Below are positions 10,863 through 20,260 of a stretch of DNA of 52,668 bases, piece after piece. The translations under genes and the position numbers were made by a program. Positions within the stretch are counted from its first letter, which is position 1. The number at the start of each line of letters is the position of its first letter. Origin of the DNA: a virus (Duplodnaviria; Caudoviricetes); IMG/VR virus record IMGVR_UViG_3300025010_000079, positions 1 to 52,668 of that record, one strand, 5' to 3'. The notes below the pieces were generated by a model. It was not told the origin of the DNA and searched no databases. It saw nothing but the letters and a program-made list of their open reading frames with translations.

Positions 10863-11254
10863 AACCAAAGCACCTCAAAACGAAACCAATTTAAGTTATT
10901 ATTATTTGAATTATCAAAATAAATTTATCCATTTATTTTATCTATAAAATATAGATTGCTTGTTTTTCTTATTTTTAAAGAAAATACTGCATAGCGAAGC
11001 GAATAGAGTTTTAAAGAATTATTGTATTGACAAATATCGAACTATTGTACTAAAGAATTAACGATTAATGAAGTGTATAACGTTCTTCTTGTTGCATATG
11101 TATAATTTAATATACGCATTATCTAAATCATGTTTATATTCTTCTGCACTATTAGTACAAAATATAAATTGTTTTATTTATATCCTGAATTTTTCATCAC
11201 TGCATAATTCCGCGATGACACGAATCGGTAAACATTTTTGAGAATGCTTTGGTT
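10863..11254 (-). ncRNA. Putative ~390-nt structured non-coding RNA of unknown family
   Basis: Ends pair: AACCAAAGCAUUCUCAAAAAUG..ACCGAUU (11254-11223) with AAUUGGU..CGUUUUGAGGUGCUUUGGUU (10891-10863); G-U pairs work on the minus strand; several internal hairpins; no credible ORF. Confidence 0.6.
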
Positions 11255-11261
11255 TTTATAA

Positions 11262-11297
11262 AAGTAGAAAGGGAGTGGTTAAGTCTCCCTCTTACTT
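11262..11297 (-). terminator. Hairpin plus U-run after the coiled-coil gene (terminator or processing site)
   Basis: AGUAAGAGGGAG...CUCCCUUUCUACU followed by UUU. Confidence 0.45.
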
Positions 11298-11313
11298 AGG
11301 GTAATCATAGTCA

Positions 11314-11985
11314 TTATTTAGATAATAAATATTGTTCCACGATTTCCAAAGTAGAGTCATGTACATCATATAGTCCATTAAACTCTACAATATTTTGAAG
11401 CATAGCAGATTCAATTTGTGTTGATAAAGTATCCGCTTTATTAAGCAATTTCTTATATAAGTCATTAACATGATTTCTATTAAAGTCAATAGTATTGGTT
11501 TTTAATATATCATATCTGTAACTAACTTGATTTCCTTCAACATTAAATTTATATGCTGAACCAATTTTCTTTTCTTCACTGGATTTAATATCTACAAGTG
11601 ATTTCAGATTATTAGCAAGTTCTCTGGATTTTTTAGCATATTCAATTGCAGAATCTAAAGTTAAATTAACTCCATTTTCTGTCCAATCTAAGAAGAGATT
11701 TTTCTTAGCAGTTTCAATTGCTAGAGATAATTCTAACTTCTGATCTACAAGTTGTTTTACAAGAAAAGCAATATCAACAATTGAAGCGTTAGGATATGTT
11801 CTTTCTGCTGTCATATCAATTGTTTCATCTTCAGCATCTTGATTAACTTTAGACTTTTGATGAATTTCTTTAATTGTAATAGCATTGGAAGTATTAGATA
11901 ATGAACGAGAAAGTGCGGAGATATTCTTTTCTAAGAAATTTAGCTGGCGAAAGCTTTCTTTGAGTGATAGTGCGCTATTAGACAT
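11314..11985 (-). CDS. Coiled-coil hypothetical protein immediately upstream of the structured RNA
   Basis: Long helical heptad segments; start more likely ATG 11985 after GAAGGA than TTG 12006. Confidence 0.8.
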   Translation of the reverse strand: MSNSALSLKESFRQLNFLEKNISALSRSLSNTSNAITIKEIHQKSKVNQDAEDETIDMTAERTYPNASIVDIAFLVKQLVDQKLELSLAIETAKKNLFLDWTENGVNLTLDSAIEYAKKSRELANNLKSLVDIKSSEEKKIGSAYKFNVEGNQVSYRYDILKTNTIDFNRNHVNDLYKKLLNKADTLSTQIESAMLQNIVEFNGLYDVHDSTLEIVEQYLLSK

Positions 11986-12235
11986 ATTTGTTTTTCCTTC
12001 TTTCAATTTGTATTTTTCTTTGTTAGAGTAATTAACTCAATTCTCAATAGTTTTAAATCTTAAATCAGGTTGAGTAAAGTCAAAATATAAATCAATTTAT
12101 TATGAAGGAATTACACTTGAAACCGAATTAGTGATAATCCGAGGAAGTTTACGCTTCTACAATTCCTTCATAAAATTAATTAATATCTAATTATAAGCAT
12201 ATAAAAATCTTTAGCGTCTTTATAATATTAATTAT

Positions 12236-12283
12236 AATTCAATTAATAATTAATATTAAAATTCAATTAATAATTAATATTAA
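12236..12283. repeat. 24-bp AT-rich tandem duplication
   Basis: AATTCAATTAATAATTAATATTAA x2. Confidence 0.85.
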
Positions 12284-12339
12284 AATTTCGCCTAGCAAAA
12301 ACTATGCTTATTATGTTTTTTCTTATAAATTATAATGTG

Positions 12340-12549
12340 TTACTCTTCAGTTTCAGTTTCATTCTCTCCAGTTAAATCCTCAATCTCAACATTTTCATCC
12401 AATAAAAACGCTTCACATCCATTTACGGTAACATCAAGACCAATATAATTATTCTTTGTTCCTTCTAATTTAGATAATTTATCTTCCCACATACAGGTTC
12501 CACGTTTTACACAAATAGGACAGAAATTTTTATTGTTGATTATTGACAT
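12340..12549 (-). CDS. Small Cys-containing hypothetical protein
   Basis: 69 aa, AGGTGG RBS, CPICxxxxxC, acidic tail. Confidence 0.75.
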   Translation of the reverse strand: MSIINNKNFCPICVKRGTCMWEDKLSKLEGTKNNYIGLDVTVNGCEAFLLDENVEIEDLTGENETETEE

Positions 12550-12741
12550 ATTTTAATTATTCCACCTTTTAAATTTATTTAATATTATGGATGAGTTTAA
12601 GGTCTTCATCCAGACCAATTGATATAGGTTTAAAGTCTCCGTTCCGACTTAATTGTGATTGTAATTGTGCTATCCTGCCTTATATCCAAAGATATCTATT
12701 GAATATAAGGACTAACACTGATAGTACAAATATTTATATAT

Positions 12742-13026
12742 TTATTGCTTAACTAAATCTGCAAACTCTTTGCCAACCTTAAATCCAACCTTAAATGAAT
12801 CTTCTGAAGTCCAAGTTTCACCTTTACGATCACCAAATCGAATTATACCAGTTGACCCTTTAGTTGGTTTCTTCTCGAATCCACCAAAACCAACGATTTT
12901 CACAGGTTCTCCAGTTGCTACAGTCTCTTTAATTACATCTAATACAGCATTGATTGCTTTTTCGGCATCCTTTTTTGACATTTCACCTTTTAAACTTACT
13001 GCTGTAATCATTTCATTTTTCGTCAT
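12742..13026 (-). CDS. hup: HU-family DNA-binding protein (YonN-like)
   Basis: MTKNEMI...SKKDAEKAINAVLDVIKETVATGEPVKIVGFGGF; atypical beta-arm. Confidence 0.92.
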   Translation of the reverse strand: MTKNEMITAVSLKGEMSKKDAEKAINAVLDVIKETVATGEPVKIVGFGGFEKKPTKGSTGIIRFGDRKGETWTSEDSFKVGFKVGKEFADLVKQ

Positions 13027-13290
13027 GTTTTAATATATCCCCTTTTTATTTTAAATTTATTTTTTATTATTTGGTTATTACTTTTTATTTTATAGTCCAT
13101 ATACCTTGTGAGTATTGGACTATTGTGTTTAATATTGGTGCATTATACTTTTTTATTAAGTACAAAAGACCTCTCTTCAATGATTTTGGTTAATATATCT
13201 ACCCTCCTTAAATTTAATTAGGGAGAAGGAGCAGTTTGTATCCACTAGCGTATCTACTCAAATTTAGGTAGTACGGAAAATTAAAATTTA

Positions 13291-14523
13291 CTAATCTAAT
13301 AAACTTGCCATTTGAGCAATTTCACTACGCTCACATTTATCAAGATAAACATATCCAAACATTGGATGACCTTTAAATCTGTTTATCATTAATTCTAAAC
13401 CATTATTTTTTTTAAAGATTTTATCATCTATTTGCTTTACATCTCCATTAAAAAATACAATGCTTCCTTCAGATATTCTGCTTACAATTAATTTAACTAA
13501 AGAATCTGACATGTTTTGTGCCTCTGTACAATAAATAATGCTGTTTCTTAAATCCCTACCTCTTAAAAATCCTGGATGGATTAATTCTACTTTGCCATTA
13601 TTGAGCAACATTTCAAAACTAATCTTATCCCCCATAAAGTCGCTAATTATATCAGCATACACAGATAATTTTTCGGTCATAGTTCCAGGCAGGAATCCCA
13701 ATGGTTTGGTTCCATCAACCTCTATATTATTTCGTATCCATATAATTTTGTCATAGATCCCCTTATCAATCATAGTTAAGAAATTAGCTAATGCTAAGTA
13801 ATCTTTCCCAACTCCGTAAGAACCTTGTGCTATTTTCACTTTAGATTCTTTATCTTGAAGCATATCCATATATAATTCTTGTTGTAAATTCCTTGGTTTT
13901 ACTTTTCCTACATATCTACTTTCTGTATTTTTATAGGATAATGATTTAAAACCTTTTTCTGTCCATTTTAACTTATCAACAACATCTCCATTGCCATCTT
14001 TAATAAGAAGATATTCGTTCAATAATAAATCCCAATTATTAGTTTTGCATTCATAAAAAGTTGCTAATTCATATTCCGATAATGTAATTTCTTTATATCC
14101 AAGATATGAATCATCGCTTATTTTATCAGTTGGTTCAAACTTTTCACAAGGTACACCCATTGCTCGACATTTTTCTTGAAAAAGCATATCATTACTTAAA
14201 CAAACAAAATTATTATCCTTATCATATAAAACCTTGAGTAAAGAGATAATCTTATTATCCATGTTTTCTTTATCAAAACATGTTGGTAAATTATCATAAT
14301 CCGTTTCATCAATTATATAAGTAATTTTGTCTCTGTTGTTATTTATATCTCTAGTGGCTCGTCTAGCCTGAAATTTTACTTCTTCTGTTTTACCATTCTT
14401 CTTCAGGTTATCTAATTCACCAAGGACATAACCTGAGAGATGCGTATTTGAATATTTCTCAAATATTTCTTTAGAATATTCCATTACTACATTTGAGTCA
14501 ATATAATATGGTTTATCGGGCAA
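13291..14523 (-). CDS. phoH: PIN domain-PhoH ATPase fusion (PhoH2-like)
   Basis: PIN motifs IDSNV, ELD, MDNKI, SND; PhoH motifs GSYGVGKD, LGFLPG, LRGRDL, EAQN, GDVKQID. Confidence 0.9.
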   Translation of the reverse strand: MPDKPYYIDSNVVMEYSKEIFEKYSNTHLSGYVLGELDNLKKNGKTEEVKFQARRATRDINNNRDKITYIIDETDYDNLPTCFDKENMDNKIISLLKVLYDKDNNFVCLSNDMLFQEKCRAMGVPCEKFEPTDKISDDSYLGYKEITLSEYELATFYECKTNNWDLLLNEYLLIKDGNGDVVDKLKWTEKGFKSLSYKNTESRYVGKVKPRNLQQELYMDMLQDKESKVKIAQGSYGVGKDYLALANFLTMIDKGIYDKIIWIRNNIEVDGTKPLGFLPGTMTEKLSVYADIISDFMGDKISFEMLLNNGKVELIHPGFLRGRDLRNSIIYCTEAQNMSDSLVKLIVSRISEGSIVFFNGDVKQIDDKIFKKNNGLELMINRFKGHPMFGYVYLDKCERSEIAQMASLLD

Positions 14524-14562
14524 TATAAACCAATCCTCTACTGTTTATTTTACTACTTATTA

Positions 14563-14865
14563 TCATAAGACACATTCACTGTTACTAATTCCATTATTAC
14601 TGTTACCATTATCCATACCAATACTACCATCCATAAACATATACCTCTGATTATCTTTTACATCATTAATAGTCTGTTTATTTTTATCATTTTGCTTTAA
14701 TCTGAGTAGATAATTATAGTATGGGTCTGTAATGAAGCGTTGTTTACGAGACTTGCTACTGAATTTTCCTATTACTATTAGATTATCTCCATAGTTGCCG
14801 TGGTATTGTTTGAGAATTTTTAGATTAATTAGGTATGACATTTCTTGTTTTGTGATTTTTTCCAA
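14563..14865 (-). CDS. Hypothetical protein
   Basis: 100 aa, AAGGAG RBS with TTG start. Confidence 0.7.
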   Translation of the reverse strand: MEKITKQEMSYLINLKILKQYHGNYGDNLIVIGKFSSKSRKQRFITDPYYNYLLRLKQNDKNKQTINDVKDNQRYMFMDGSIGMDNGNSNNGISNSECVL

Positions 14866-15157
14866 TGTTTTGCTATTGATGCTCCTTTTAGTTTGGAGTT
14901 TTATTGTTTTATTATTTGGATATTATTTTATATTTAAACTGCAATCGACCAATACAGTTTAATAACTGATGTAAGGATACAATTTATTTTAAATCATACC
15001 CTTCTTTAAATGGGTATTGCATATCTCTTTAGTGTATATATTAGGCTATGTTCCCCTTATTGACTATTTATGCAAAAACCCTAAAAGCATTGGTATAACT
15101 ACGTTTAGACGATATATAATAATTATTAAATAAATTACCCCTTATTATAGGCATGTT

Positions 15158-17785
15158 TCAGACTTTTTCTATTTTCCTACTTTTATCATATTCTCTTTTC
15201 CATAGTTTGTTTTGTTCGAGTTTAATTTTCTTTGCACAATTAAAACAATATTTAGATTTATTATTAGATTGTTCAATTAAATCGCCACAAACCTCACAAT
15301 ATATTTTATTTTTTTCTACATTTCTCCTTAAATTAGTAACAATAATATCTCCAAAGCATTCCCATAATGTAGTTTTAAAATTAGATTTTTTAAATTCATA
15401 TAGATATTTCACTAAAACATCTACTACATATTGAATATTTTTATTAATTTCTAGCATTTTCTCTCTTATTTCTTGATACAAATAAGTCATATTGCCTATT
15501 TCATCGTCCACCCTATTAATCATAAAGTGTTTTTTCAAATCTAATTCTTTATATTTCTTTATAATATTATCATCTAATTTTACATCTTCGTCTTTCATTA
15601 ATATTTTATAGTCAAATACTCCTAAATTAATGGCATTAAAGTTTATATTCGGATTAGGAATTAATTTATATAATCTATTGACTACACTATTATTAATTTT
15701 TTCTACTCTACCCTTTTCCTTATCTTTTGCATAAATGAAGAAGTGGGGGGTCTTTACTTTTGTGTATCCATTTATTAACTTTTTCATTTCACTTGGTCTT
15801 TTAGGTTTATATAATGTCTTAGCATAATCAATTGTAAAATTATTATCAAGACATAGTAATTTTATAACATCTAGATTTATATTATTACTATTCCATATTT
15901 TTGTTATATCATTACTAATCATTCCAATATTTCCACCAGTGTATGCAGTTTTTAATCCATTATATATGCTTTGATTACTTATATCTTCTGCCCCTGCTTT
16001 ACGCATGTTATAATATAGTGGCACTATATCTTTCATATTGCGTTCTGCTACTTTGATAATTGTTTCATCTGCACATACTAAGGATTTGTCTCCGTCCACA
16101 TCGAACATCAAGATCTTACTAATAATATCATGACAAGAAGTGTATAGCCCATTTGTGATAAACCATTCACTCTTATCTTCATCAATTACATTGTTCCTAA
16201 CAGCATGTTCCTTCCATAAATGAGGTGATCTTAGACAATCAAGTTTAGGGGTATCAGGGTATAAGTTACAATACACTTCTCCATTGTTAATTAATCCTGT
16301 GGGATTAGGATTTTTAAGAATTAAATATTCACAAAATGCATATAAATCTGGAATAATGAATGTGTATTTCCCATTGATAGCTAACTTAGCTGATCTTGCT
16401 TCCTTAACCATACTTTTTTTGACTTGTTTTAAAATTTCTCTACTGTATGTATCATTTAATAATTCTGGATAAATTTCTAATGCTTGCTGTATATAGTTTT
16501 TATTCTTATTAGACTTCTTTACACCTAAAACTTTAAGCATTGTCTTCCTATCACTACCTATATTTACAATATGGTGTTTAGTAGTTTTTGAAACATCTTT
16601 CAACTCTTCATCAGTCATATCCGTTAATGTTTGGAGCATCTGATAATTAATCTTTGCATCATTAAAATCATCTTCCTCTTCATTACATTTTCCAGCTTGA
16701 CAATTATATTTTTTGAAATTTTCTATATAAGCATCCCATCCATATTTTATTACTTTGCCATTTTCATCTAATATATTTGGAAAATATTTATACATTTTAA
16801 ATTGACTTTTTGTAAAAATTAATTCTATTCCATCTTTTAATAAGTCATGGGATTTTCCATAAATATCAACTACTATACCATATTCTTTATTTTCTTCATT
16901 TTTATTAACTTTTGAAATGAATTTATCAAATTCAAAAGGTACTAAAAGTCCCTTTATCCAAGGCAATCTAACCATAAAACTCTTTTTACTTAAACTTGGA
17001 AGAATCATACCAACCCCATCTGTATGTGAAATCGGGATATTCATTTTTACTTTTGGTGAAATATTATAAGTTTCATCATCTATAAAATCTACAATTCCTT
17101 CAACATCGGTTTCCATATCTTCTACGACAATTGACTTCGTAATATCAAAACCTTTCCATTCATCTGTTGCAGAATTTGAGAGTGCTAAATAAGCTAGGTA
17201 TTTATTAATATTTACTCCACCTAATTCATTTATTCTTTCAATTGTTAATCCACACATTAATGTATTTTGATATTCAGTAAGAACACTTTCTTTAATAAAC
17301 ACTGTCTTTTTTGTTCTTATTTGTCCGGCACTAGCTGTAAGACAAACATATTTTTCATTATTATACATAAATCCATCAAGTATGATATCTTCAATTACAT
17401 CAAAGAAAAAAGTTTGTACAATAATAATATCTGTGGTTAATGTCTTTTCTGGTATTTGTATTGTTCTAGTTAACACAGAATCAAAAATAGAAATTATATT
17501 TCTTTTATTAAAGGAATTAGGATTTAAAACCCTAACCCCTTTATTTAAATCAAATACTAGATATAATCCTTCTTTGTTATATTTTATTGATTTGTTTATA
17601 AACGCAATATATTCTTCTATTTCTTTAACATCTGATATATTATCTTTCAATTTATTAATCAACAGATATAGTTCGTTTCTTAATATATACAACTCATTCA
17701 TATTTCCATGGATAACCATTTCATCTTCATTATAAAAACTACTGGTATCAACGCTATAGATGTGAATTTGTTTATTTAGACTAAT
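15158..17785 (-). CDS. yonO: YonO-like single-subunit DNA-dependent RNA polymerase
   Basis: Catalytic FDVDGD, TASAGQIRTKK, HTDGVGM, RLPWIKG, LRSPHL, C-terminal Zn ribbon. Frame extends 22 codons past ATG 17719 to ATT 17785, 6 nt after AAGGAGGAG. Confidence 0.93.
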   Translation of the reverse strand: MSLNKQIHIYSVDTSSFYNEDEMVIHGNMNELYILRNELYLLINKLKDNISDVKEIEEYIAFINKSIKYNKEGLYLVFDLNKGVRVLNPNSFNKRNIISIFDSVLTRTIQIPEKTLTTDIIIVQTFFFDVIEDIILDGFMYNNEKYVCLTASAGQIRTKKTVFIKESVLTEYQNTLMCGLTIERINELGGVNINKYLAYLALSNSATDEWKGFDITKSIVVEDMETDVEGIVDFIDDETYNISPKVKMNIPISHTDGVGMILPSLSKKSFMVRLPWIKGLLVPFEFDKFISKVNKNEENKEYGIVVDIYGKSHDLLKDGIELIFTKSQFKMYKYFPNILDENGKVIKYGWDAYIENFKKYNCQAGKCNEEEDDFNDAKINYQMLQTLTDMTDEELKDVSKTTKHHIVNIGSDRKTMLKVLGVKKSNKNKNYIQQALEIYPELLNDTYSREILKQVKKSMVKEARSAKLAINGKYTFIIPDLYAFCEYLILKNPNPTGLINNGEVYCNLYPDTPKLDCLRSPHLWKEHAVRNNVIDEDKSEWFITNGLYTSCHDIISKILMFDVDGDKSLVCADETIIKVAERNMKDIVPLYYNMRKAGAEDISNQSIYNGLKTAYTGGNIGMISNDITKIWNSNNINLDVIKLLCLDNNFTIDYAKTLYKPKRPSEMKKLINGYTKVKTPHFFIYAKDKEKGRVEKINNSVVNRLYKLIPNPNINFNAINLGVFDYKILMKDEDVKLDDNIIKKYKELDLKKHFMINRVDDEIGNMTYLYQEIREKMLEINKNIQYVVDVLVKYLYEFKKSNFKTTLWECFGDIIVTNLRRNVEKNKIYCEVCGDLIEQSNNKSKYCFNCAKKIKLEQNKLWKREYDKSRKIEKV

Positions 17786-17800
17786 ATTGATCTCCTCCTT

Positions 17801-18136
17801 TTAATCTTCAAAGAACCATGCATCTGCTGGATCGTTTGGATCTAAACTTGCCCTAAATTCCATCTCTTCATCCCATTCTGATTTTGTTTGTCCAAAATGA
17901 TCTTCTACGTCCCACGCTTCACAATCATTATTATAGCAAATTGTATCTTCGCAACTGTCACAAGTTCCATCACATTCTTCGTTCAAATTACAATCTTCGT
18001 GAACATCACAATTGTAACTATTCCAACAATTAGGACACATTTTGCCATCGCATGCAATACATTCTCTTACTTCGTTAATCAATACATCTTCTCCACAATG
18101 TTCACAAGCTATATATTTGTTATTATCTACATCCAT
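17801..18136 (-). CDS. Cys-rich acidic protein
   Basis: GGAGGA RBS then ATG 18136; many CxxC; ends DPADAWFFED; stop abuts the RNAP RBS. Confidence 0.75.
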   Translation of the reverse strand: MDVDNNKYIACEHCGEDVLINEVRECIACDGKMCPNCWNSYNCDVHEDCNLNEECDGTCDSCEDTICYNNDCEAWDVEDHFGQTKSEWDEEMEFRASLDPNDPADAWFFED

Positions 18137-18230
18137 TTTAGATTCCTCCAATTTATTAATTAAAATAATTAGGGATAAATCACACAAAAACAACCTTAAT
18201 CTATCCCTTAAAACTCACCATTTATTGTAT

Positions 18231-19028
18231 TTAATCTTCTAATTTACTAAACTTCAGCTTTTTACTTTCGTCTTTTAAGCCTTTATTGTAATTTTCTACA
18301 AATACCCATGCATATTTAATACTATTATCTTTCTTTAACACATTGTTAGAAACATCTTTAATAATATCACTAGCAGTAACTTTCTTATTTAAGAATGCTT
18401 GTATAAATCTCTTATCTTCTATTTCATCTTTATATGTTATATAGAATTTAGCCATACCTTTTAAAAAATGTGCATTCATTGCTTTTTTATCAGAATTCCA
18501 AACATTGCTATGTAATATAATAAATTGCTTAAAACTAGATTCTCCCATACTTTTAAATATATCTTCCATTGTAAGACCTGCATTAATTACTCCATTACCA
18601 TTTTTGATATCTGCTGTCTTTATTTTATATCCAACTGAATCTAATATATTTACCAATGAATTTGTTGCTTGATCAAATTTACCTTTGACCTTTGCATTTA
18701 ACATTCTTCCAGATGTTTGTGGTCTTTTCTTTGAGTTTCTTTTATGAAACCATTCGTGTTCTTCTTCATCAGTAAGACCTTCTCTTACTTCACATTTCAA
18801 TACTTTCCAACCCATATATTTAACTATAGCAATTGTATGTTGTCCATCTCCTACACGATATTCTTCTTCTCCATCTTTGTTTATTCTTAAACTAACCGCA
18901 GGAGCATCTACTTCATTTATATCAAAAATAGCAACCTTTTCTTTCACAAAATCTTCTTTAATAACTCTCTGATAATCCAAATATGAGTGTAATTTCTCAA
19001 CTGACAAATTTTTAAAATATCTTTTCAT
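18231..19028 (-). CDS. ParB/Srx-superfamily protein (DUF6551-like)
   Basis: DYQR and YRVGDGQHT motifs. Confidence 0.7.
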   Translation of the reverse strand: MKRYFKNLSVEKLHSYLDYQRVIKEDFVKEKVAIFDINEVDAPAVSLRINKDGEEEYRVGDGQHTIAIVKYMGWKVLKCEVREGLTDEEEHEWFHKRNSKKRPQTSGRMLNAKVKGKFDQATNSLVNILDSVGYKIKTADIKNGNGVINAGLTMEDIFKSMGESSFKQFIILHSNVWNSDKKAMNAHFLKGMAKFYITYKDEIEDKRFIQAFLNKKVTASDIIKDVSNNVLKKDNSIKYAWVFVENYNKGLKDESKKLKFSKLED

Positions 19029-19030
19029 TT

Positions 19031-20260
19031 TTACATATTCTCCTTCGTTTTTGTATTTTTTAATTTATTTTTTAGTTCATATAATTGATTAGTTAAATCA
19101 TTTAAACAATCTAATGCAATATTCTTTTCTTCTTGAGTAATATTATATTCTATATCATATCTTTCAAATAAAAAGTCATTTGCCATCTCAATAGATTGTT
19201 TAATATTATCTTGTACACATTCTAACTCATCTAAAAAATTAAATTCTACTGCGAAGTATTTAGGAGTTTTTATATCTTTGATAATTTCTTTAATATTATT
19301 ACTAGGAGGGGTTGGGGTATCCTTTTTTTCTTCCTGATCATAAATAATAGAGGTTTTATTTTGTTCAACTGGTTTTACTTCTATGGATAATTTCTTTTCT
19401 GAAATTTCTTTTTCAGGTAACTTAACTTTCTTTTCATTAGAATCAATAAATTTTTCTTTAAGCCACTCTTTGTCAATGTCACCACTTTTAATTTGTTTAC
19501 CAATCTCAATAATATTTTCTTTAGAAATTTTCTTTTCACCAGTAAGAATATTATTTTTGGCCTCTGCTCCAACAAGCTCTGCAATTTCATCAACTGTGTT
19601 AGCATATTTTCCATTATCACGAATTGATTTTTCATCTACTCCATGCTGTTTGCCCATGCGCTTTGCTGTAGTAATCGCTTGAAATGGTTTGTCTGTAACA
19701 TTACCATCTATTACCTCTTCATTATTTGCCAAGTGGGTATTAACTCCACTTGGCAAATTAACATATTGATTTCCCCTATTACCTCCCCAACTATTTTTCT
19801 CATTCTCATATTGTAAACCAATTAAATAATATTTTTCTTCTGGATTTAAATTCCTTCTTCCAAATTGAAAATTAATTATCCAATCAATTACCTCATATCT
19901 ATTAGAGAATTCCTTAAATTCAACTTCAAATGGAATATTATGTTTAGTGCAAATATCATTTCGATTATGACCATCAACTATATATGTATTATCGGTGTTA
20001 TTATCCTTCCAAACTTTTATCGATTCTGTACATCCCTCCTTTACAATTAATTCTTCTAATTTACTAAATTCTTCCTTAGATAGAGGAGGTAGTAAATTTT
20101 TAAATTGTTCATCAACTTGCAATTCTATATTCATTCCTTTTTTTGAATTCCTTTCTTTTAAACCATATTGTATTTTTTCTTCTTCTGTTAACTGCCTAGA
20201 TACACACTCTGATTTTTTGTTTAATTTTTCATATTGTTTTATATCCTCTCTTTTATTCAT
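19031..20260 (-). CDS. ParB N-terminal-like domain protein with HTH
   Basis: LLPPLSKEEFSKLEE...IVDGHNR...QFGRRNL. Confidence 0.8.
   Translation of the reverse strand: MNKREDIKQYEKLNKKSECVSRQLTEEEKIQYGLKERNSKKGMNIELQVDEQFKNLLPPLSKEEFSKLEELIVKEGCTESIKVWKDNNTDNTYIVDGHNRNDICTKHNIPFEVEFKEFSNRYEVIDWIINFQFGRRNLNPEEKYYLIGLQYENEKNSWGGNRGNQYVNLPSGVNTHLANNEEVIDGNVTDKPFQAITTAKRMGKQHGVDEKSIRDNGKYANTVDEIAELVGAEAKNNILTGEKKISKENIIEIGKQIKSGDIDKEWLKEKFIDSNEKKVKLPEKEISEKKLSIEVKPVEQNKTSIIYDQEEKKDTPTPPSNNIKEIIKDIKTPKYFAVEFNFLDELECVQDNIKQSIEMANDFLFERYDIEYNITQEEKNIALDCLNDLTNQLYELKNKLKNTKTKENM

Noticed and set aside
10728-10922. 64-aa plus-strand ORF
   Set aside because: Antisense to the local transcription direction, no RBS, overlaps hairpins.
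10863-11254. Retron msr-msd or DGR template
   Set aside because: Terminal inverted repeats fit, but no reverse transcriptase (YxDD) gene and no variable-repeat partner is seen in the window.
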